Assembly: GCA_029856525.1 (NCBI GenBank)
Contig: JAHQXC010000044.1
Location: 1-10,858 of the forward strand
Reading direction: 5' to 3'
Length of the DNA: 10,858 nt
Source: Candidatus Odinarchaeia archaeon
Lineage (GTDB): Archaea; Asgardarchaeota; Odinarchaeia; Odinarchaeales; Odinarchaeaceae
Below the pieces are notes generated by a model. That model searched no databases. It saw only the letters and a list, made by a program, of their open reading frames with translations, and had not been told where the DNA came from. Positions 1 to 5,349 of the stretch are shown one piece after another. Position 1 is the stretch's first letter; each line of letters opens with the position of its first letter. Both the position numbers and the translations under genes were made by a program.

Positions 1-2
1 GT

Positions 3-1667
3 AAAGGCTTGATATATGAAAGAGAGATAGAGCTACCCTACTGTGAGAGATGCGCCAGGTATCTGCCTGACCGTTATGTTTACGGTACATGCCCTTACTG
101 CGGTTTCGAGGATGCTAGAGGAGATGAATGTGATGTCTGCGGGAGAGCGCTTTCAATAGGGGAGCTTATCAACCCTAAATGCGTAGTCTGTAAATCCCCT
201 GCTATAAGTAAAACAAGTAAACACTGGTTTCTAAAACTGTCAAGCTTCCAGGATTGGTTAACAGATTGGATTACTAAAACTGAGGGATTACTCCCGGTGA
301 TAGGTAAAAGCTATCTTATCAACCAGTATCTTCAACCTGGATTAGAAGATGTCTGTATAAGCAGAGATCTAGACTGGGGGGTGCCTATACCTTTACCTGA
401 AGCGGAGGGGAAAGTTTGTTATGTATGGTTCGACGCCCCGATCGGATATATAGACAGCACTAAAGAATTATTTCAGAAACTAGGCGACCCAGACGGTTGG
501 CGTGAATTCTGGTTAAATAATAACACAGAGCTTATTCATTTTATAGGCAAAGGCATCTTATACCATCACGCTTTATTCTGGCCTGCTATGCTAAAAGGCG
601 TAGGCTATCGTGTTCCAACCGTGATAGCCGCATTCTCATATGGTAACCTTGAAGGTAGAAAAATGTCTAAAAGTAGAGGATGGTATCTATCTTTAAAAGA
701 CTTCTTAAATATTTTTGAAGCGGACTCACTCAGATATTACTGGATAGCAGCTTCACCTTTAACCGAGGACGCTGACTTCGTATTCGATGATTTCAGCAAA
801 AAATATAATAGTGAATTAGCAGACACCCTGGGGAACTTTATTCACAGAGTTCTTGTTTTCTGCGCGAAATATTATAATTCAACAATACCAGCTGTCACCG
901 AGCTGGTGGAGCTTGAAAAAGTTGAAAAAATAATAGAGGAAACCGTTATTAAAGTTGAGAAGAGCATTGAAGGATTTGAATTTAGAGATGGGCTTTTATC
1001 AATAATAGGACTCGCACGCTTTGGGAATAAACTATTTAACGACAGCGAGCCCTGGCATAATATTAAAGATAATCCTTCAAAAGCCGCTAACACTATAGGG
1101 TTATGTCTGAGAATAGTTCAAGCTATCGCCGTGCTTATAAATCCATATCTCCCGGATACAAGTTTAAGAATACTTGAAATGTTAAACTTGAAATCTGAAA
1201 ACTTAAAATGGTCGGATGCGTTGAAGCATCTACCTGTAAACCATAAGATAGCGACTCCGACTCCTCTATTCAGTAAAATAGATGAGACTCAAATATCTAA
1301 GTTAAAGAATATGTTGTATGCGCGTATAGAGGGGGGAGCCGGTATTAGTCTACAGCAGGTGGAGGTTAAAGAAATCGCCAAATTAGATTTAAAGGTTGGT
1401 GTGATAATTAAAGCTGAACCGGTTAAAGATGAAAGAGACAGCTTTAACTTAGATATTAAAATATCCGAGAAGGAAACTATAACTGTGAGGGAGAGATTGA
1501 CTAGCAGTTTAACTTCTAAAGATTTGGAAGGTTTAAAGATAATTTTGAAATCTAACAGTTTTAGAAAAGAGGGGGGGCAGTGGAGTATTCTAAAAGTAAA
1601 GTGTAAGGGAGGCTATAAACCTATAAAACTAGACAAGGATATCAGTATAGGCGCATCTGTGAGCTGA
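3..1667 (+). CDS. metG: Methionyl-tRNA synthetase, 5'-truncated at the window edge
   Basis: The frame is open to the window edge (aaa ggc ttg...), so the TTG at 9 is internal and the HIGH motif must lie upstream. Contains four CxxC Zn-knuckle motifs (CERC, CPYC, CDVC, CVVC), ISRDLDWGVP, YVWFDAPIGY, HFIGKGI..HH..FWPAML, KMSKS, and a C-terminal OB-fold-like appendix. Confidence 0.97.
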   Translation, partial: KGLIYEREIELPYCERCARYLPDRYVYGTCPYCGFEDARGDECDVCGRALSIGELINPKCVVCKSPAISKTSKHWFLKLSSFQDWLTDWITKTEGLLPVIGKSYLINQYLQPGLEDVCISRDLDWGVPIPLPEAEGKVCYVWFDAPIGYIDSTKELFQKLGDPDGWREFWLNNNTELIHFIGKGILYHHALFWPAMLKGVGYRVPTVIAAFSYGNLEGRKMSKSRGWYLSLKDFLNIFEADSLRYYWIAASPLTEDADFVFDDFSKKYNSELADTLGNFIHRVLVFCAKYYNSTIPAVTELVELEKVEKIIEETVIKVEKSIEGFEFRDGLLSIIGLARFGNKLFNDSEPWHNIKDNPSKAANTIGLCLRIVQAIAVLINPYLPDTSLRILEMLNLKSENLKWSDALKHLPVNHKIATPTPLFSKIDETQISKLKNMLYARIEGGAGISLQQVEVKEIAKLDLKVGVIIKAEPVKDERDSFNLDIKISEKETITVRERLTSSLTSKDLEGLKIILKSNSFRKEGGQWSILKVKCKGGYKPIKLDKDISIGASVS

Positions 1668-1706
1668 ATCCAGCCATCATGGTGGCAAGAAAACAGGATT
1701 TACACG

Positions 1707-1720
1707 GTTAAATTTATATA
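1707..1720 (+). promoter_or_regulatory. BRE-TATA-like element (GTTAAA-TTTATATA) with no sense gene directly downstream
   Basis: GTTAAA (1707-1712) matches the RNWAAW BRE and directly abuts TTTATATA (1713-1720). It lies between two convergent genes. Confidence 0.35.
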
Positions 1721-1744
1721 TAATCAACAATCCCATTCAACCTT

Positions 1745-2164
1745 TTAAACACTACCTCCACCAGCTTCTAAAAGAGGGCGGAGACTACTTAGAAATTTTT
1801 CTAAAGAAATACCTTTCGAAATATTATGCTGATTTACCACGTAACTGTTATCAGAGCATCTATCTAAACTATCTAAGTTAAAAACAAGCCATTCACGTGC
1901 ATGCTTTCTTTTAATTATTAGAATAGGTGTAGCTTTCAACATTCTACTATACTCGATTACAGGTTGAATATCCCGTTTGAAATTTAAGTATAATGGGAGT
2001 TTAGAATTTTTAACTTCAGCTACGAAAATCAAACCGTTATTACCTAAAATAATATCAGGTCTATGAACGCCACGTCTGCCACCGCCGCTAGCCGGAACAG
2101 GTATTACAAGCCAGCCTAACCGTTCTATGAAACGCCAGAGTTTATATTTATAACTCTCCTTCAA
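1745..2164 (-). CDS. Hjc/Hje-like Holliday junction resolvase family PD-(D/E)xK nuclease, divergent
   Basis: 139 aa with GW-V-x-x-PASG, PDII-GN and AEVK motifs, plus P-L-I-K...W and G-SLE--L. The TTG start is preceded by SD-like GAGGGT at 6 nt. Confidence 0.8.
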   Translation of the reverse strand: MKESYKYKLWRFIERLGWLVIPVPASGGGRRGVHRPDIILGNNGLIFVAEVKNSKLPLYLNFKRDIQPVIEYSRMLKATPILIIKRKHAREWLVFNLDSLDRCSDNSYVVNQHNISKGISLEKFLSSLRPLLEAGGGSV

Positions 2165-2243
2165 CTCTGAACCCTCAATATATATTAAGTATTACATTAA
2201 TTGTTAAATATATTAGTTTAGAGGAGGGTCTTTTATAAAAACA

Positions 2244-3719
2244 GTGTTAAACTTTATAGACGGTGAATGGGTTGAAAGCGAGTCTGGAAGATGGGTGGAA
2301 AGAGAGAATCCCGCCGATAGCCGGGTAACCGTTGCAAAAATAACTCAATCCGTTAAAGAAGATGTTGAAAAAGCCGTTGCAGCGGCGGCTAGAGCTTTTG
2401 AAAAGTGGAGGAGGATACCAGCGCCGCGGAGAGGTGAAATCTTATTCAAAGCAGGTGAAATTCTTAAAAATAGAAGAGAAGAGTTGGCCAGAATTATAAC
2501 ATTGGAGATGGGTAAGATACTGTTAGAGGCTCGAGGTGACGTTCAGGAAGCGGTTGATATGTGCTATTATATGGCAGGAGAGGGGAGAAGATTATACGGT
2601 GAAACCACTCCTTCAGAACTCCCTGATAAAGATATAAAGACGATAAGAGAGCCCATCGGTGTGGTTGCGGCTATCACACCCTGGAATTTTCCGATAGCGA
2701 TCCCATCCTGGAAGATTCTACCCGCATTAATCTGCGGGAACACTGTTGTATTAAAACCTTCAAGCTATACAAGTTACAGTGCTTCAGCGTTTATCGAATG
2801 CCTTAACGACGCCGGGCTTCCGGCTGGCGTGGTCAACCAGGTAAACGGAGGCGGGGAGATCGGGGAAATTCTTATAAAACAAAGCGAGGTTAAAGCAGTC
2901 TCATTTACCGGTAGCACGAAAGTAGGATTTGAAATAGAAAAAACCGCGGTTGAGCGGCATATACCTTTCATGTGCGAGATGGGGGGTAAAAACGCTATAA
3001 TAGTGTTAGATGACGCTGATATAGATTTAGCGGTTAACGGCGCTGTCTGGGGAGGTTACGGCACCACTGGGCAACGCTGCACAGCCGCCTCCAGACTAAT
3101 AGTTCAAGAAAGCATTCTCAACAAATTTAAGAGTAAACTTGTCAACGAGATTAAAAAATTAAAAATAGGGTCAGGGTTAGATGAAACAGTTCAGATAGGG
3201 CCGCTTGTAAGCGAAAATCAGAGAAGAAGAGTCCACGATTACACTCAAATAGGCCTGGAGGAGGGCGCTAAGCTAGTAACAGGTGGAAAATATTATATAG
3301 AGGGGGGCTGCGAGCACGGCTACTTCTATGAGCCGACGTTATTTGAAAATGTGACACCGGATATGAGAATAGCTCAAGAAGAAATATTCGGGCCAACTGT
3401 AGCCTTAATTCAATGCGAAGATTTCAAAGATGCTTTAGAAATAGCTAATGGAACCAACTATGGACTCTCGCTTGCAATATATACACGTGATATTAATAAA
3501 GCAGCTATAGCTGAAAAAGAGCTTCAGTCAACATTAGTGTATATAAACGCTCCTACAATAGGAGCTGAAATCCATGCGCCGTTTGGAGGAATAAAAAACA
3601 CAGGGCTATTACATAAAGAGGCTGGTGGTAGAGGGGGTGCAATAGACTTTTATAGTAGGGTAAAAGTGGTTTACCGGGATTACAGCGGTCGCCTGCAGAG
3701 AGCTCAGATAGATAAATAA
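2244..3719 (+). CDS. NAD(P)-dependent aldehyde dehydrogenase (resembles the AldH/CAJ73105-like subfamily)
   Basis: PWNFP, FTGSTKVG, catalytic Glu in EMGGKN, catalytic Cys in GQRCTA, EEIFGP and PFGG motifs. The true start may be ATA at 2235. Confidence 0.95.
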   Translation: MLNFIDGEWVESESGRWVERENPADSRVTVAKITQSVKEDVEKAVAAAARAFEKWRRIPAPRRGEILFKAGEILKNRREELARIITLEMGKILLEARGDVQEAVDMCYYMAGEGRRLYGETTPSELPDKDIKTIREPIGVVAAITPWNFPIAIPSWKILPALICGNTVVLKPSSYTSYSASAFIECLNDAGLPAGVVNQVNGGGEIGEILIKQSEVKAVSFTGSTKVGFEIEKTAVERHIPFMCEMGGKNAIIVLDDADIDLAVNGAVWGGYGTTGQRCTAASRLIVQESILNKFKSKLVNEIKKLKIGSGLDETVQIGPLVSENQRRRVHDYTQIGLEEGAKLVTGGKYYIEGGCEHGYFYEPTLFENVTPDMRIAQEEIFGPTVALIQCEDFKDALEIANGTNYGLSLAIYTRDINKAAIAEKELQSTLVYINAPTIGAEIHAPFGGIKNTGLLHKEAGGRGGAIDFYSRVKVVYRDYSGRLQRAQIDK

Positions 3720-3725
3720 GAAAAG
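3716..3725 (-). terminator. Probable oligo-T terminator after tRNA-Val
   Basis: The minus strand reads TTTTCTTATT just after CCA-CGCC. Archaeal intrinsic terminators are T-rich tracts. Confidence 0.45.
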
Positions 3726-3728
3726 GCG

Positions 3729-3805
3729 TGGTGGGCGGGGAGAGTTTTGAACTCTCGACCTCCGCGCTGTCAACGCGGCATCATAACCAACTAGACTACC
3801 CGCCC
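3729..3805 (-). tRNA. tRNA-Val(GAC), intron-less, CCA encoded
   Basis: Minus strand reads GGGCGGG-TA-GTCTAGTTGGTTATGAT-G-CCGCG-TT[GAC]AG-CGCGG-AGGTC-GAGAG-TTCAAAA-CTCTC-CCCGCCC-A-CCA. Acceptor, anticodon and T stems pair fully. Confidence 0.97.
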
Positions 3806-3862
3806 GTGAATAATAGATAACACTTATTTAATAAAAGGCTGGTGCGGCTGCCGGGATTTGAA

Positions 3863-3890
3863 TTCCCGACTTAACGGTTAACGCTAAGTT
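3863..3890 (-). other. tRNA-Gly intron 2, non-canonical 53/54 position (T arm), 28 nt
   Basis: Sequence A-ACTTAGCG-TTAAC-CGTTAAGT-CGGG-AA. 8-bp hairpin with one G-U pair; perfect central helix CCCG/CGGG; bulges GGA and AAT; short outer helix GA/TC. Confidence 0.9.
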
Positions 3891-3905
3891 CCCGGGTCGC
3901 AAGCG

Positions 3906-3934
3906 CTCCGAATCTAATACGATAGTATTAGATA
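3906..3934 (-). other. tRNA-Gly intron 1, canonical 37/38 position, 29 nt
   Basis: Sequence T-ATCTAATAC-TATC-GTATTAGAT-TCGG-AG. Perfect 9-bp hairpin; central helix CTGC/TCGG pairs 3 of 4; 3-nt bulges CAT and AGC. Confidence 0.92.
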
Positions 3935-4003
3935 TGGCAGGCTCGCGTCCTAATCCAAACTAGACTACAGCCGCATAGCTACAATGCTAATATATGATAC
4001 ATA

Positions 4004-4017
4004 TTTTTAAATTTTAC
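4004..4017 (-). promoter_or_regulatory. BRE-TATA promoter of tRNA-Gly
   Basis: The minus strand reads GTAAAA-TTTAAAAA, ending 29 nt before the mature tRNA 5' end. Confidence 0.65.
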
Positions 4018-4025
4018 CTATAAAA

Positions 4026-4128
4026 TGGTGGACCGGGCGAGATTTGAACTCGCGGCTTGCGGTGTTTAAATCTATTAAATACATCTCCGCCATGCCAAGG
4101 CGGCGATCTTCCGCTGATCTACCGGCCC
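4026..4128 (-). tRNA. tRNA-Ala(GGC) with one variable-loop intron, CCA encoded
   Basis: GGGCCGG/CCGGTCC acceptor with the G3-U70 Ala identity pair; D stem GATC/GATC; anticodon arm CCGCC-TT[GGC]AT-GGCGG; T arm GCGAG-TTCAAAT-CTCGC. Length is 75 nt after removing 28 nt. Confidence 0.96.
4057..4084 (-). other. tRNA-Ala intron, non-canonical 45/46 position, 28 nt
   Basis: Sequence A-TGTATTTAATAGATTTAAACA-CCGC-AA. Imperfect AT-rich hairpin; perfect central helix GCGG/CCGC; bulges AGA and AAG. Removal restores a 5-nt variable loop, AGGCC. Confidence 0.88.
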
Positions 4129-4156
4129 TTAAAAACAGTATAAATAAAACATCTTA

Positions 4157-4345
4157 TTAAACTATTCTGACCTTATTAACCTTCTTATTAGCCCAATTAT
4201 ATTTTCTTAAACGGCTTGAACGACCGAAACCGCAGGCTGCGCAGTATCTCTTCCTAGCCAGATAAGAGTGGCGCCCGCATCTCCGACACCTGATATGTGT
4301 GAATTTATTACCTCTCTTACCAAAAGACGGTGTACCTTTACTCAT
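4157..4345 (-). CDS. rpl37e: 50S ribosomal protein L37e
   Basis: [11 protein letters not shown]...[13 protein letters not shown]....YCAACGFG Zn-finger signature; SD GAGGTTGA 4 nt upstream. Confidence 0.97.
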   Translation of the reverse strand: MSKGTPSFGKRGNKFTHIRCRRCGRHSYLARKRYCAACGFGRSSRLRKYNWANKKVNKVRIV

Positions 4346-4418
4346 ACAGTCAACCTCTTAAAGTTGTTTAAATACGAGTGTTGTAAAATTTAAATTCAAG
4401 CTTATTAAAGATATCGCT

Positions 4419-4652
4419 TCAGGTAGGCGGAGGCGAGATTATTATAACATTATCCCCTCTAACTATAACTGAACCCAGACTTTTACAAGGCTCATCGTTT
4501 TCACCGATCTCCTCAGCATCCGCTAAAACAAGATTCATATGCTGATCGAAACCTACTAGTCTACCTCTTATGCCCTTACCACCCTTCAAAGTAACTAAAA
4601 CATTTTTATCAACAGATCTACCTAAAATATCTAAAGGTCTTTGACCACTCAT
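4419..4652 (-). CDS. Sm-like (Lsm/SmAP1) RNA-binding protein, 77 aa
   Basis: Sm1 motif (V-V-LK...G-L-GFDQHMNLVL-DAEE) and Sm2 motif (VIVRGDNV). Start moved from 4682 to ATG 4652 (MSGQRPLDIL), which follows SD-like GGAGCTGA. Lsm-rpl37e linkage is typical of archaea. Confidence 0.95.
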   Translation of the reverse strand: MSGQRPLDILGRSVDKNVLVTLKGGKGIRGRLVGFDQHMNLVLADAEEIGENDEPCKSLGSVIVRGDNVIIISPPPT

Positions 4653-4778
4653 ACTTTCAGCTCCAGAAATAAATTCTAACATTTTAGATTAGCAGATGTT
4701 ATTTAAAAATATCGCTTAAATAAAAACTTTTTACGATAGAATTTAAATACACTAATTAAAAAGTTTAAAGGGAGTTTT

Positions 4779-5288
4779 ATGGAGGTTAAAAACAGACATT
4801 ATTTAAGCTCTAAAGATATTAAAAAGCTAAAAGAGGAGATAGTTAAAGCGTACCCTCATCTAGAAAGCGCGCTCGATTTGAAGAATTCAACGGTTGAAGC
4901 CATCACTTTAAATGAAGGCGTTAAACTATATGTTGTCAACAATAAACTCGATTGGATAATAATAAAAGATAGGCTAATACCGTCTATAAGTCTTCTTAAC
5001 AGAGGATTAGAAATACCATTTATAACAGTTGACATGGGTGCTATTCCATTCATCACAAAGGGGGCTGATGTTATGCGCCCTGGAATAGTAGGCTACTCTG
5101 ATAAAATATCGAAAGGCGGCATAGTTAAAATAATAGATGAAAGATACAGTAAGACAATAGCTGTAGGGGAGAGTTTAATCTCCTACGAGGAGTTTAAAAT
5201 AAAAAAGCAGGGTAAGGCTATCAGAGTTCTACACCACGTCGGTGATAAAATATGGAGTATAGCAAACTCCTTAAACATTCAACAATAG
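4779..5288 (+). CDS. Pre-PUA (DUF1947-like) + PUA domain RNA-binding protein, MCTS1/Tma20-like
   Basis: RHYLSSKDIKKL N-terminus; TVDMGAIPFITKGADVMRPGIV PUA motif; HHVGDKIW C-terminus. Confidence 0.9.
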   Translation: MEVKNRHYLSSKDIKKLKEEIVKAYPHLESALDLKNSTVEAITLNEGVKLYVVNNKLDWIIIKDRLIPSISLLNRGLEIPFITVDMGAIPFITKGADVMRPGIVGYSDKISKGGIVKIIDERYSKTIAVGESLISYEEFKIKKQGKAIRVLHHVGDKIWSIANSLNIQQ

Positions 5289-5349
5289 TTAATAATAAAT
5301 AATGTAAAAACCATTTAGTATAATAATTAAGCTAGAGTGTGAGAGAGGA

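Larger units (their letters stand above)
3840..3974 (-). tRNA. tRNA-Gly(GCC) with two introns, CCA encoded
   Basis: Exons 3974-3935 (40 nt), 3905-3891 (15 nt) and 3862-3840 (23 nt) join to a 78-nt cloverleaf. Acceptor GCGGCTG/CAGCCGC; anticodon stem CGAGC/GCTTG with loop CT[GCC]AC; T arm CCGGG-TTCAAAT-CCCGG. Confidence 0.95.

Noticed and set aside
872-1093. 73-aa minus-strand ORF
   Set aside because: Antisense shadow of metG with no recognisable motif.
1680-1685. TGGTGG matching the tRNA-Val 3' end (CCACCA) as a possible attR flanking the Hjc-like/ALDH block
   Set aside because: Only 6 nt, expected by chance, and there is no integrase.
1668-1700. ATGATGG on the minus strand as a possible C box of a C/D sRNA
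   Set aside because: Imperfect C box with no properly placed D box (CTGA) or terminal stem.
1665-1748. metG TGA followed by a small hairpin (GCCAT-CATG-GTGGC, 1673-1686) and 26 open codons: possible recoding/readthrough
   Set aside because: The OB-fold appendix ends at its normal position, the hairpin is only 5 bp with no SECIS features, and the extension resembles nothing.
2774-2971. 65-aa minus-strand ORF
   Set aside because: Antisense shadow inside ALDH.
3863-3934. Short hairpins with spacers as a possible mini-CRISPR or MITE
   Set aside because: The hairpins are not repeats of each other and are fully explained as tRNA introns.
4653-4682. 10-aa N-terminal extension of Lsm in the ORF track
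   Set aside because: The SD-like sequence and family N-terminus point to ATG 4652.
4856-5056. 66-aa minus-strand ORF
   Set aside because: Antisense shadow inside the PUA gene.
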